Origin: Anthoceros angustus
Taxonomy: Eukaryota; Plantae; Anthocerotophyta
Length of the DNA stretch: 64,000 bases
Assembly (NCBI GenBank): GCA_010909165.1
Contig: VJWM01000007.1
Location: forward strand, 372,001-436,000
Direction: 5' to 3'
The position numbers and the translations under genes are program-made. The notes beneath the pieces are model-generated. The model was not told where the DNA came from and did no database searches. It was given only the letters and a program-made list of their open reading frames with translations. Positions 1 through 14,419 of this stretch are shown piece after piece; within the stretch, counting starts at the first letter, position 1; the number at the start of each line of letters is the position of its first letter.

Positions 1-3000
1 TTGAAGATGACTTCCACTGCATCAGATGGCAATGGCAGCACGGGAACCAGCTGAAGAGGACTGGGTGGAACTACCACCTTGCTCTCCAGTTCATCCACGC
101 CATCACAGATCATATTCTCTTTGTCTGCATCGAAATCCTCTACAATATTACAAGAAAGCATGAGTTCTTCCAACTGTGTGTGGAGGCCCTTTCACAATGC
201 TAGCACTTTGAGGACAAAGGTGTTTGACAAGGTTCAAAGAACTAACCACACAGCTTTGAGACATCACAGCTCCTTATGAGCATTGAAACTGTTGAGTGGA
301 GGCATGAAAGATCCACTTTCAAAGCAGAATAGCTGACTTTACTCGCAAATCCCGCCTGCAAAATACAGGAGCACATCCTGAGACGCCTTAATCAAAGCTA
401 CTAGACCAAAAAACCCATCCCCAGCAACTATCTCTAGTTATAATGAAACCTCACCAGGTGGCTGACAACGCATTTTTGAAGTAGATGTTGCCGCTGCGAA
501 GTTCCAATCTTTGCATATTCCAGAACTACTCCAAAGTACTGTGACAACAAAGGTAACACAAATTGATACAAAGCCCTCAGCCTCGGGTGAACCATACGTC
601 CAAAATCCAGGTCACAACCGGTATCTGGCAATGGATTACATGGAGTTGACCCCGTAGGTGTCAGACTGACCTGTGCTAGGTAGCTTTTTGGGGCTGTTGC
701 ATCCCTCAGAAGCGACAGCAACACCTCTATAAGTGCATCTACAAAGAGAGCATCTGCTTGCCGACCATTCCCATCTCTCAAGTAAGAACTTCCTCGTAAG
801 AACGAGACTGCACACTGCATGGCCCGCACAAGCATTGCTGCAAACGACTGCACACAACCACATGCACTCTATTGTGTCAGTACATAAACAACTGTAATCC
901 CGACCCGCCATTTCAGATACTGCTCTAGAAAGTACCTGCCGAATCTCATCTACAGGACACTTCAGGAGATACTGATGTAACCAGTATGGTCTGTCCACGA
1001 GTGCCAAAACAAAGTATCTACAAGCATGTACGTTGGCCTCAAGAAGCCTCCACATAGTACCCTGCACACATAACATCAGACATCAGTCACTAACTGTGAA
1101 GTAAACAGACCTTCAACAACACATTTTCATTCCTTAACCACCTTCCACTGCAGTAAGTCTTCACGCAGGCTCGCGTGAGTTCTTAGGTACACTCGCAGCA
1201 AAAACTCAGTGGCAAGCTGTGTTGTTAATCTGGCATATTCGTTAATCTGTACATCAGGTACCACACCGTCTATCCGTCTCCCAGCAGTTTCCCCAATTCC
1301 TCGTGCACCCTTCAACTCACCCTCTACCGCAGCTTGTGATTTTCGAAATAGCCTGCACTAGAAGCCCCACAATTCAGTCTTCTGCACCAACAGTCTGTGA
1401 TTTATGGCTACCGCAGTGACGTAGAGTACAGATAGCAGAGCCACAAAAACCCAGTTTCTGACTCATCAGAATGTCACCAGAACATTACGTGGAACCCATA
1501 TCATTTTCCATCATCTCAACATCTCCCAGACAGCATAATCACCTTTCATCAAGTATGCCACCATTGACCTCCACCAGTGCATGCAGAAACCGAAAGTAGT
1601 CCTTGTCTAGTAGATGATTTTCATGCACAAACCTGGTAATCAAGCTGCAAGTGAGTAACTCTCCAGAATCAGAAGGCAAAGCTGACAGCACTGGGCAATG
1701 ACAAAGAAAAAATCCAGACTTCAGACAGTCACACAAGCGTAGACACAGGACAAACCTTAGATTCTCTTCCCAAACACTTCTGTGAATGGAAGCTGGCATC
1801 TGAACAGATGTCAACCTGCACAAGGAAATACGTGAGAAATTTCTCCCCTCTGGAAGATAGAAGAAAAAGCTTTGGCCCACACACGTTCCACAAGACCTAC
1901 ATGAACGGTGGCCGTTCCGACGCTCTTGTCTCCTTCATTGACTCATCTCCGTCATCCTCTTCTGATAAGGACCACAGATATCAAGTGGCTGGAAAGAACC
2001 ATGTTACTACACTTAAGCTGGAAGAACTTCGACAATGCGCTAACCTTTACACTTTGAAGTCGCTGTCCCTGCTGGCGAGTCTATGGAATTTCCCGGCTAC
2101 AATAAAGAAACAACCATCACCATGTTGATGAGCAGTACAGCACAAGAAAGCTTCTCAAAGAAAAATACAGAAACACAGGAATGTGCAAGAAAATACCCCA
2201 GAATGACACCTTTCATACAGCAACATGTACGCACTGTTAGGACGATCGAACTCCTACAGACAATGAGGAAACATTATTGATAACAAATCTCGTCAAACCC
2301 TAGCCCAACAGGAGAAGGGAGATCGACTAATAACCCCACAATTCCCAGCTTACCTGAGGCGCAGTTGTCTTCAAGAAGTTGTCATAAACATCAACCATAT
2401 ACTTCCCTCCAAAACAATCCTTCTCTAGATCGTTGATATTGTAAGGCTCCACACGCTTATCATCAAACGCTATCCACCTGTAATAACATTCAGCTGCGTT
2501 TAGCATCCTTGAACTGGGTTGCTCTGCAAAATCACATCCACTTGACTCAAAAAGCTCATTCTCCATTCACAAAAGGGCTTGACTCCATAGCAACCCTGAC
2601 TTGACAAAAAAGTGTTAAAACACAGCACAACACCAGTAGAAAGTCAAGCAGTCGAATAGAAAAGATCCCAACAATTGGACGACCCATCTTAGAGGAAGAA
2701 TCGTACCGGCCACTTTGATCACCAGCAGCATTAAGGGGACAATCTCCAGGTCTTTCCTTGATATAAGAATAATAATGCCCGGCAAAAGCCGTTCCTGAAT
2801 GTACTACTACACCAACCAACTCGTAGTTGTAATAGGAATCTGGTTTGGGACTGGTAGAGTTCATACTACCCTGCTTTACACTACCCTCTTGTGTGCTGCT
2901 GCCTTCTGCACAGCCATTACCGTTTTCATTGCATGGGCTTGTTACAACATGGTCCTGAATATCACGTGAAGCCAGCCCCTCCACAGTAAAAGGCTTCATG

Positions 3001-6000
3001 TCCAGATGGACAGGAAACTCAAAACGGTCCTTCAATTTGAGCCTTTGCATGCTCTCATAGTCAAAATCAAATCGCTTCAAGTGTACAACCAGTGTGTGAG
3101 GGAGCAACTTTACACACACCCTTTTCAACGCATCTACCTTCACCCCACATTCCTCACAATAATAGGCATTGTCTGCTTCAAGCAGATCCCCACGTACAAA
3201 AGATTCCAGTGACTCAAGAAGGTCCCTTTTGTTCTTGACATCAACACTTATTGCTGCAAACGGCTCCTGTCGCTCACTTTTGTGTGGACACCCACGACAG
3301 ATAACCTGCAGAATATAACTAGCAGCCATCAGCCCAATTTCTAGCAACCAGAGAGCTCAATCCAGAATGAGGACAAGGTGCAAACCTGCTGTACAAACAC
3401 TCCGCCGAAAATTTTTGTCAGAGTGGTCTCTTGTTGTGTAGCCTTCAGAGTCTCATCCACAGTATCATACAAGCGATTGAAAAACTCAAATGCATCCTGA
3501 TGCTCTCTCAGGTTTATTGGCAAGCCATCGTAGTCCCTATAGGCACACCAGAACCCTTGAGGAGTATAGTGATCCAGGTTACTCCCTTGAAGAGCCCCAA
3601 ACATAGCTTGCAACTGAAAAAACACTGAATCCGGCTTTTCACTGTCATCGCACTCACTACAAGCAAGAACAGTCCGTCGCACTTCCGGCTGCATATAAAG
3701 CTGCTGGAACACCGAGTTCATATAACAGGTTGCTCCGGCGTTTTTCAGGCCAACATAGCCCCCAACTGCCTTTCGCCCATAAGAAGGAATATGTTCCCAC
3801 TCTGGAATCTCTGAGGAAAAGTGTATTTTTACCAGAAGATCTACAATTTCTCGAAGATTGTCCAGAGAATGTGTTGCCAAGCAAACCAATAAGTGGAAAG
3901 CTTTTTCTCTGCTCCGTCTGGTACTGCACTTGGACTGGAACATTGAATCATCTTGTGGACTGCCACCAATAACACCAAAGTGCATTGCCCCACGGCCAGC
4001 CTCAAGGTCTTCACTGTTTCCCCACAAGAGAGCAGATTCACGGAAAAGAAAATACCGAATAATCTAGGACATGCAAAACAATGGTCAGTACCAAATACTC
4101 TTGGACATGCAAAACGGTGGATAGACCCCAATTATTTATCACGGACACATCACATCCTCACAAGTGGGAGAACTCACCTGGTGCACAAGACCTCCTTGCA
4201 AAGCTCTTGTGGAGCTAACACGTTGATTGTCCAAGACTTCCACAAGTGTCTTGATTAATGTCAAGTGCCCCTCAAGCAACTGCAAAGCAATATCAACATT
4301 TATCAGTCCCAAATGCCTAGCACAAAAGTCAGCAAAACCGTTAAAGAGGAACACATCAATGCACATGAGAGATGTATATGCAAACCCTGTCATCCTCATC
4401 AATCGCTACTGGAGCAGACTTCAACCATGTGAGCTCTTCAACCAGCTGTTTCTCAGCCATTTCAGTCTCCTCAGCTCCTTTCAGACTAGACAGCAGTTGC
4501 CCGAGCAGCTCCCAATACTGCAACCAAAACAACCTGAGGATCAATAGAAGTAATGGAATGAAACCAGAATCCCAAGCCTCCCCAGAAAACAATACGAATC
4601 AAACAGATTACAGCATGATCATTACATGCAGACAACGCCTAGGCTGCTTGTTGGCTTCTCCTTTCGCTCCTATAAGAGCTGCCAATATGTATTGGTGAGC
4701 AACAGGCTGCTTATCCGAGGAATCTGTTGGTATTTTACTGGAAATTCACCAACCAGCCATGTAAGCATCTGGCAGAAATGACAAAACCTTCATAGAAAGT
4801 GGCAGCATGACAGGTGATCTTAATCAATACACCACTACAATACCCCACTACAACCCACCTTAATTCCAAAAAAGTTACTGCTGAACGGAGACGGACACGC
4901 TCATTTGGGGGGTACAAAACCATGTCCTGCACACACACAGATTGTGATACTGCATGAACCCACGGCCACCTACAGTGACACATCTTCAGGCTAGACATTC
5001 CATTGCATGGACGACACATTTGATCAGAACTCCTCCCGTAGCTCACTGACTCTATATTCCACAAACTGCTGCCACCTCCCCGGTGGGAGCCCATGTTATA
5101 ACTTGGAAAACCTTCAAGGACCAATCTTATGCAAAACAAAAAACAACCAAAACTAAAACAGCTCGACACTGTCAGCTAGGCTGTCAAAACGTTACCACAA
5201 TAAATCGTCCAGTCTCAGATGAGGAAAAAAAAGGAGCCAGCAACTCCCTGTGCAACAATAAGCACGAAACCTGATACACAAAGATAAGCCTTAGAAAGCA
5301 AGCATCCACTTCACGAGCTACACAGGAAAAGAAGAGAGTTAATGTGACCTTTCTGTTGTGCGGACCTACCAGCAGGCTCAGTGCCTCAGTGCAGAGATAT
5401 TCATCTTCTGAATCCAGTTCAGTCCCCTCAGCCTCAGCTGGTGTTTTCTTCTGCAACCACCGTAAGAGTTTGAGGGCTTCAATGCCACAACTCCTATCAT
5501 CCAGCTTTGCCACAAACATATATGGACAGTATGTGTACCCAGTCTGCTCTCCTCTCCAATTTCCTTAAACTTGCGGAGAACGACAAAGAGCTGCCCATAG
5601 CCGAAATATCGCCAAGGCCTGCTGACCATGTCAATCGTTTCAGGGCTTGAACCACTGCACTCATGTCTACAATCTCGAGCACGCCATCCAGATTCTGACA
5701 CAAGCCTTGAAGTCAGGGCCAAGATATATGAACACAACAAATAAGATCTATAGACTTCAAAGCTTGAAAATTTAGCAATACCTTAGATCCATTTGCTTTG
5801 CCGTCTTCGGCCTGCTTACTGCTAATGCCTATCATACAGCCAGCTTCTTCTTCTGAAACCTCTCCATCATCTGTGACAACACTCCCATCCGCCCTAAATC
5901 ACCCAAACAAAATTGAACAGTATGCAAGCACTTAGAAAATTGTTTTTGTCCAATGATGCTTAAGGTCCATCATTTTAATAATGTAACACTCCCATATACC

Positions 6001-9000
6001 TGATGACATCTGCCGGAGACACATCACCATACATCTCTTCACCCTGTTTATTCAGCAGCTGCAGCCAAAAGCTGCCATAGTTAGGAATGTTGAGCCCATA
6101 GGTGATGCTAAGGTGATTTGCAGTGATGCAGAAGCAGCCGCACACCCCTCAGCAAAAGGTAATCAGGGAATATCCTTTTTTACTGGTAGCAAACCAAATT
6201 GTAAGCTTCAAAACATACAGGAGATAATTACTCAAACCTTCTTCACTAAAAAACTGCTTCACAAAGGGAGTGCACTATAAGGATACAGCCAACCCAGGCC
6301 CTTTGTTCACAAAACTGGATATCGAGAGAGAGAGAGAGCTTACCAAGTATTTCAGAATCCTCAACCCACTTGCATAACAACCGCGGCGTGTCCGCTCGTC
6401 AATTCCTTCTGGCAGAGCCCCTGATTCAAAAACAGCCAGCAAATGCCTGTGCACATGAACACAAGACAGTCATGGCTTTGCAGGGAATCCGCCTCAAAGA
6501 CATGGAGACAAACTTGGAGGTAGTGAAGAGCTTACTGAAAACCACCAAACCGAAGAAAATCCAAACGGAACCGACTTGTATGCATCTCTCCAATCCTGTT
6601 CACAGGCATGAGAATGCCATCGAGGACCTACAAATCCGAAAAAGCTTAAAATAATGTTCAAAGCAGTGCCCTAGGATCCTAATACAACTGGTGATAGTCA
6701 GGTATGAACATGTCACAGTTTTTACCTGCAAGGTATAGAGAAGTCGAGATTGCACCCCGAAATGAGCAGACAACTGCTTTCTAGCAATTTCTGGACTCTT
6801 TTTATGCAAATTCTGCTCGACAAAAAAACCAACAAGATTTAGGGAAAAAGAATTGAATGCTCTTGTGCAATTCTTGTGACAGGAGAGGAGTACTACCTCG
6901 AAATCTGCCAACAATGCTGGATGAGTTGGAAGCAAAGACAGCAACAAATTCGCGCCCTTTAAACATAGAAACAGTGCCAAGAAAAAAGGATCACAGAGAC
7001 GATTAACAATTCAGATGTCTAGGTCCTTCCTCCAAAGACATGTGCACAAAGAAAAGCTGTGAAAGCATGAAAGGCATGGCCAAACAAGCCACTTGTTACT
7101 ACTACCAAAACCTGCAGAAAACAAACGATTCTAAAACTCTAACAAGGTATAGGGGCAATAATCTCAAGCTCCCCATGCACTGAAGAAATACCTCTCGGAC
7201 ACTGCTGTTGCTGGCATCAGCTAGCTGGAACAATATGTCATAGATCTGCAGAGAGTGCATCAGATAGTCATGAAACGATTGGTGGTACCAGAATCGGGAT
7301 AATGCTACAAAATTTCGGTTTGCATGAGGCACTGTCGGTTGACTAGGTTGGATGGCAAAACATATAACCTTCAACAAGTTCACTAACCTCTATCTTTTTT
7401 GATATAAGCACCCCAGGCAACTCTTGTTCATCCATGGCTTCAACTGTTCGTTCAACAATATTTACCTGTCAGAGACAGAAATATCGCTTCCATTACACTA
7501 AGATGGTGCATGACCAAGTGCTCTCAGAACTTGATCTACCATCATATGCATCGAGATGTTAAATTGTCCGGCCAAGCATATGAGGACATACAGCTGCTGA
7601 AATTGGGTACCCATCGACTAGCCCACACTGTTGCAGGACCTTCACAGTGTCAATACAAAATCAAGTTCAGCATCGAAGATAATGATAACAGCATCCACCT
7701 TAAAAGCCAAATCGCTTTAGGAAAAAATGTAGATAACAACACCCACACACCTGCGCGTCCTCAATAAGTTCCTTGTTAAGGCAAGTAAGACGGACACGCT
7801 GAGAAGGACACTCCAATCTCTTTGCCACCTGTGAGGATTCAGCTGATGGTGTTACAAGGAGCTGTATGGAACGTTCCAAGCAAAAAGTACACCTCCTATA
7901 CCCCCCCAGGACTTCTATTGAAGCAGTTCAACTAATTCCCAGTCTCCTGCCAGGCTCAGAGGTGTCCAAGACCCCTAAATAGTTCTCTAGCTGTACCTTT
8001 GCACGAAGAGAACCTAAATACTCGTTTGCATGAACCCACACATCAAACCGGGTGGGGGTGCCCTGCTTATTGGCAGAAGTCACCTGGGAATATAAAGAAC
8101 AACCATTCAGAAGCATGGTTAAAGAAAGTGAACAGGTGGGCGTCATAACTGACCAACCCACTTGATCAAGTCTGTCAAATCTGCTGCCTCCCAAAGCAAC
8201 TGAACTTATTCAGAGCTTCTATCACCTCAAAGATTTAAATAAAAAGAGGGAAAAGCATTGAGGCATACTCCCAGCAAAAGAGGCCTCCCCTGGAATGAAG
8301 CACCATGAGCTGGCATCTTTCGGGGGCACCTTCCTTCACACCTAAGGATAAAAAGCTGCCATGCAACTGTATCAGCTCACCAATACAGAAGGAAAGAGCA
8401 CAATAAGCTACAAATCATGGCACCTAGCCCCTCAGTGACCATGAACTGAAGTCAAGGGCTGCATGTGACCAAGAAGAAAGCAGCAACAAAAACCTAGCTC
8501 CCATTATGTACAAGAACCCGCTTACTCTCAGCAACCGAAGGCAGCACTCCACTTGATGGACCTCTCCAACTGCGACATCCGAACTTGCTAATAGACGGTC
8601 ATTACTAGCTCCCTTGTTGGGTTCTACAAATGGCCTCCCTTCACCATTGTCCGCCTTCTCCCTGCCATTTACACTCCCCTCTGCCATGCTGCAACTTGCC
8701 AAACTACTGCTCTCTGCTGACTCCACCTGATTCTTAGCCCCGTCACTTTGAAGTGCTGAGATGAGGTGCCGCATGCACTCATCAATAAAACTCTGACGAA
8801 TTGCCACCACTTCTTGTTGCAGAGACTCAGACAGCCAGGTATGTACGTCTCGCAACATAATGATGCTATGATCCACAATTACGTCAACAGAAGAACAAAG
8901 GGCTACATCCCACAGATAAGGGAGGCCAACAAGATCAAGATCCTCTGTAATGTAGGTATCATCACCACGTAGCTGCTTCAGTTTCTTCTCATTCAAGTTC

Positions 9001-12000
9001 ACCCAAAGAAATAACCCAGTGAAGCACCTGCAATAGCACAAGTGCCTTTCACATTACTCAAATGCCTGGTTGAAAAACATGTCATAGGGTTCTGCAATCC
9101 TGTCCTACACAGCTCTGCAACCAAAACAGCAATATATTCACCGATATGCCGTAGGAGTCAAGGAAGCTGGGTGGATTGACGTGATTTTCTTTGTCAGAAC
9201 ACTTGCTTGGGCTTCAGGTGAAATCACTTCAAGCGCATCGGAAAGCCACTTCATGAACATCTCTTTGTCTAGCTTCCCAGCTGGAGATTCCACCATGCAG
9301 TTCCACACTCTCTCTGTCAGCTCCCATGGAAGACTTGCTCCAGCAGACTGGTTCGGAAACATTTGCAATTGATGTCAGAAATAGCAGGCATGCAAGTTGG
9401 AACTGCAGTGCCAAAGACATTTTCTCAGCGTAATTAGCACCCTGCAGACCACAACGAGTTTAAAAGGCTGAGGGAACTATGCATCACCTGCAACGAGAAA
9501 AGAAGAAAATCAAGGCGCTCTTGAACGTGCTCCTTGTGGCTGTATTGCCTGTCCCTTTCAGACGATTTTGAACCATTCACAGTGCCTGAGGGGGCTGAGC
9601 AAGCACGGGCCATGTACACCTCAAGGCTGCTTACAACCTGGGTAGACCATTTTGACACGATCACATATGACATCACAGTTGGCATGGAGTTGGCATCACA
9701 GCGGAAAATCCTCAACAACAATGTAAGAACAGAAGTTTGTTGCACACCGTTTGAGTGAGGGCCTGATTCTTTATGAGTTCTTGTAGCCGCATTTGTCGAG
9801 AAACTTCACCCTGCATGTTCCAACATCCAAAATTCTGTCATTCTGCTCTCATACGCTACATAGTTCCTCACCAAGATCATACATCCAATCCATCCACATA
9901 TCTGCCTTGCAACTCTAACTGGAATTCACTTCACACTCAATCAGGTTGTTGGCCTTCAGGTCCTCCAAATAGGTGCATGATCCATATAAATCTTTACAGG
10001 GGCAAACGGACACCTATTTGATGCGGGAGGGCAGGTCATGAGTGCACAGCATCTGCAATTCAAAGTGTAGCACAAACAAACCTGTAACAGAAAACCCCAA
10101 ATGTAGTTCCAACAGATGGAGACTATATATGTGACAGACCACAGTCAGAAAGGCGTCATTCTTAGGCACATACAGTACCGCTTACCGTATAGAAAGGCTT
10201 TTCATTGTCCAACAATATTATCTCTCTAAGTAGTCGCAAGGATGGTATAACAGATTCACCGTTCTCTATGTTCTTCAGACACCGAGAAATGTAAACCTGC
10301 CCCAACGTATTTGAAGGACAATGAGCACAATTGTGCAGCAGTTGTCAAAGGGCAGCAAACTGTCACCCAAGAAACTGTAAAACAACAGAAACATGGATCT
10401 AGCCTGGAGCCTCCTAAAACTCAAGCATGAAACACAGCCAACCCCGCAACAGCTCTACTTGGAAGCCCATACATCTTTGCTTGCACAACTGACTGAGTCA
10501 TAGTGACCGAGAATTTCAGTCAAGGCTCCTGATTCCAAAATCTCTGCGGGCGCTTCGCCTGAGTGCATCATGTTCCATAGAAGTTCAAGCAATCTGACAC
10601 ACCAAATAGAACACTGCTGTAAGACTGGCCAAACCACTGTCGACTAGCAAATGCACAGAAACCCACTGCAATCACATACTTTTCGTTTCAAGTACTCACA
10701 AGGTATCTAAGAGGGCATGACAATTCAAATTTATTAAATGATAATACCTTGAAGCCATGACACCTTTGGTGTCACTTCGCGCTAATTTCTTTACAAGCGA
10801 TAGAATCTTGACAATATCGGCAGCTGGACGGCCCTGACAACACCAAAGAAAGGCTCTGAACGTATTGTTCTAGAAACAGAGTTCAGCAAAGCTCAGTTCC
10901 AGAAACGGCCCCTTTTAGGTTGCTCACAGCAAACTACAGTACCTGACTCCGTTCAAATCTCCCAAAGAGGCTGTCAAGTTGTTCATCAGAAAAGGACCAG
11001 GCAAGATCAGCAAGCAGATCAAAAATATTGGCCTTAACCTGCAACATCCAGAATGTAGACCATAGGATTAGCTTCGCTTCCTAACAAAATTAGAAAATGC
11101 TAGAGCTGGTTTCTGGGCTGGCAGTGAGCACCGTCTCGAATTGATCTGGTTTCTCTGTGGCTGCCCAAATTGCATCTAAGTGCTCCTCTGACAGTCGGCG
11201 CTCTTGAAGCAGATACCGCATTATCTTCTCCACCTGCTCCAAGTGAAACATACAACGTCATCAGGAAAGTTGCGAGTCAGCCACAGTAACCTTCCCCAGC
11301 CTCAAATAATGGGGACATGTGTGCAACAAACCCTGCAGACTCAGACACAAGCCTCCAGAGTGTATGACCTCCATAAATTTAGTTTGGGCAGTCAGAGAGG
11401 GATGACTACGTGCCTGATCGACATATTGCTTATGATGTAAGTGAGAGCGGAGTATGTGCCGTAGGATGTCATTCTCCTCGAGCCACTGTATTGTTGTGAA
11501 GACAGAACGTGAATTGTCCCTGCAAATGCACGAAGTACACTATCATATGTTACCATAATCAAGCAGAAGACTGGCAATGCAAAGCCAAGGCATAGTGTCA
11601 ATCCGAGGCCAACACTTGTCCACGCCTCAAGAGGGAAGTTGGCAGAGAGCACGTCTGTGTCAAGATTGTGGCTCACGAACAGTAGAAGCTCATAGCCGTG
11701 GAAGCGAATAAGCAGAAAGTGCGTAATACCTTGACGCTATAAACCGGGCGTTCTCCAACAGCTTGTTGATCTCCCGGACTGCGCTCAATTGCTTATTAAA
11801 GGACGGAAAACCAAGCATGCGCTCCACCATCCTTCGTTGCACTACACTGACCATACTCTCAGCCTTCTCAGCGGAAAGGCTCCTGCCGATGATGGCCTGC
11901 AAATGTTTGAGAATTGAAGAAAGTGCCCCAAACGAGCCATCCCTGGTGTTGTCGCTAAGGGCATCGACGTCCTTCTCCAAGAGTTCCGAAACGAATTGCA

Positions 12001-13051
12001 AGAGTCGACTGCAGGGATCAACAAAAGCTTGAGCGACGTCATCGGTGAGAAACTCAACAGCCTTGGCGATGGGTAGCAGGAGGACTTCAATAACTGCGGG
12101 CATCAGCTTCTGCGGCTGATTGAGCACCCGGAGGAGAGACTGGTAACCGCTCCCATAATTTGTGAAGCCGAAGAAATTGACTAGATATGCAAGCCAGCAG
12201 TAGACATCCGGAGGTTGACACCTTGAGCACGGACAGCCATCAGCTTCGCGAACGGACGCCTTGCGAGCGGAGCAATACCAATCCCCATTCTTCTGCTTGA
12301 CAGGAGTACCCGGCACCGGCTTGGCAAACTTGTGCGGATAGGACAAAGCGAAGGGCGGCAGTGCACTCTGCTCCCTGTGCTTGACGTGGAACTGACTGTG
12401 CTTGTCGAAGCCGATTGCCAAGGCCCTGAGCAACGGAACAAGGTCCTCATCCACAGCAGAGTTGAGCTCTTCCTGGATGAGCTGAGGAAGCTTAGCTACC
12501 ACCAAGTCCATCAGGCGACACACGGCATCCAAGATGTTAGCATGGATTTCATCTGCCCACTTCCAAATTGCCTTGTCGTCCAAACATTTCTCGAACGCGC
12601 TGGGAACAGCTTCGCGGTAGAGCGTCTGCAGACGGCGCAGCTCCACGCTGGTCTCCTCTACCCCAACGTGCACAATTTTGGCAGCAGAGCCTAAGCACTG
12701 GCTGAGTTGAGTGGGATACACAGTCCAAGGCCACTTGTTGAGTCCCTCCAGCACCTGGGAGAGATGATCACGGGGAAATTCATAGGGCAGCTCCTCCTCG
12801 AGATCGGCGTCTGTGGCGTGCATGGTTAGGTCGGTGCCGTCGAACTCTCCCATGGATGACTCCTCGTCGCTGCTGTTGCTCTCCCAGGTGTCGGGGTCGT
12901 CGGGGCGAGACGATGGCCGCTCCCAGCCACAATGATCCATAGGCTCTACGGGAGGAGGAAGATTGGGAGGACAAGCCTCCGGCTGCGGGGGGAGCTGCAG
13001 GGGCGGAGCGGGGACTGCGGAGAGCAAGGCGGGAGGGGGAGGGGCGGACAT
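1..13051 (-). CDS. Large multi-exon ubiquitin-specific protease of the USP9X/USP24/USP34 (FAF/puffyeye-like) group; 3' end lies beyond the window's left edge
   Basis: ATG at 13051. Cys box GYVGLKNAGATCYMNSVFQQLY (~3700-3765), QDAFEFF, zinc-ribbon CRGC...YYCEECG, LVVHLKRFDF, and His box LVGVVVHSGTAFAGHYYSYIK (~2760-2820) followed by WIAFDD. N-terminal segments resemble USP9/24 (FNKQLSAVREINKLLE; HLHHKQYVDQVEKIMRY; LLELLWNMMHS), and there is a ubiquitin-like segment (FDVWVHANEYLGSLRAKV) near 8000. Confidence 0.9.
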
Positions 13052-13729
13052 TCAAGCGGGAGCAAGCCAAGGGGGCCTGGCCTGGGGAATGGGGCAGGGC
13101 AGAGGCAGTGCTAACGTCAGAGCCACCGCTAAGCGGATACACCGGAACTGCCTGCAAGGTGAGGAGGAGACGCAGGTGGAGGCGGATGGCGAGCGAGCTA
13201 GCAGCCTGGCCATCCCTGCCTCGCGTCTTGCCTGCTTCAGACTTGTACCCGGCTTGGACCCTGGACCGGATTGCCTTCTGCTCTCGTCGTGCCTGTGAGT
13301 TGCTCGCCCTGCCTCCTAAGCCTGGCTGCCTGGCTGCCTGGCGTTCCGAGTCGATCCAGCTACCTTGCTTACGCCACGAAGGGAAAGGAAGGGAAGGGCT
13401 GCACTCTATGCAAGCAACGATAGGTACAGCGCGGGAGAAACTTCACATATTCTTATCAAATTCTTCATGTGCTAGATACATATATCAAACGCAACGAAGA
13501 AGGTGGAGACTTTATAAATACGTAGGAAGTCCCAATTTACGGCAATTCACGGCCTCCCAATTTACGGCGAGAACGACAGCCCCGGGCGAAGTGGTGATTA
13601 GGGATTAGCTTCCCAATTGTCCACCCCGAAGTTATATATCACTCCAAAAATGCCATAGTCTCGGATAAGGGAGGGCCTACTTAACATTGGAGCTCAAGAT
13701 GCTCCGTCCCCTTCTTCCAACACATCTTG

Positions 13730-14260
13730 AAAATTGCTTTTGAATATTCATTGCAGGAAGAAAGCTATCGAATAGGAATAGAAATGAGGGATATCTACCC
13801 TGTTCTTGCGAATGTGGTATGCTTCAGCATAAGCCTTCGTAAACTTGAAGAAGTCCTTGATCATGGCCTTGTGAGTCTCAATAGTGATGGGAATGAAAGC
13901 ATGGCCTTCTTGCATGGGGGTGTACTTATGAACATTAGCAGAAATGCATCCCTCCGCCGCCCAACCCAAAGGATTGATGATGACATGCTCGCACACGGTG
14001 ACCCAAGTATGCTATGTTACTACCACATCTGCAACAAAGACATAATAGGTAAGCCCTAAGAAAAACAGTATTAAGCAAAGTATATGGGCGCTCCTGAAGG
14101 AAAGAATCTGCTCTCCCTGGCAATGGAGAACATGAAATCTTGGACTACGTTGTTTGTAGCAACGTGTTGCCCACCAATTCGATAGCGAGTTAAATGACTC
14201 CCAAAGTCGTCGTAGGGGGGCACAACTGTAGGTTGTGAGAGAACACGCAACAAGCCAGAG
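13730..14260 (-). mobile_element. Degenerate 3' part of a CRE/R2-superclade non-LTR retrotransposon (CCHC knuckle plus restriction-like endonuclease remnant)
   Basis: Broken minus-strand frames read SHLTRYRIGGQHVATNNVVQDFMFSIARESRF (decayed HLLxC..GG...RH knuckle) and VFVADVVVT...KYTPMQEGHAFIPITIETH (DV...KY...FxPxxxET motif of RLE domains). Stops and frameshifts are present. Confidence 0.6.
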
Positions 14261-14419
14261 GTTGGACCATATCAAACATATTTGTAAAGTGTAGATACGA
14301 CATCAACAAGCTCCCTACATAAGAATATAGGTACCTATATTATGTACTTCAATTTTTTTTACAGTAAATGATCATACATTTATATTTCAGTTGATTTTTT
14401 ATATTTCACTTAATTTTGA

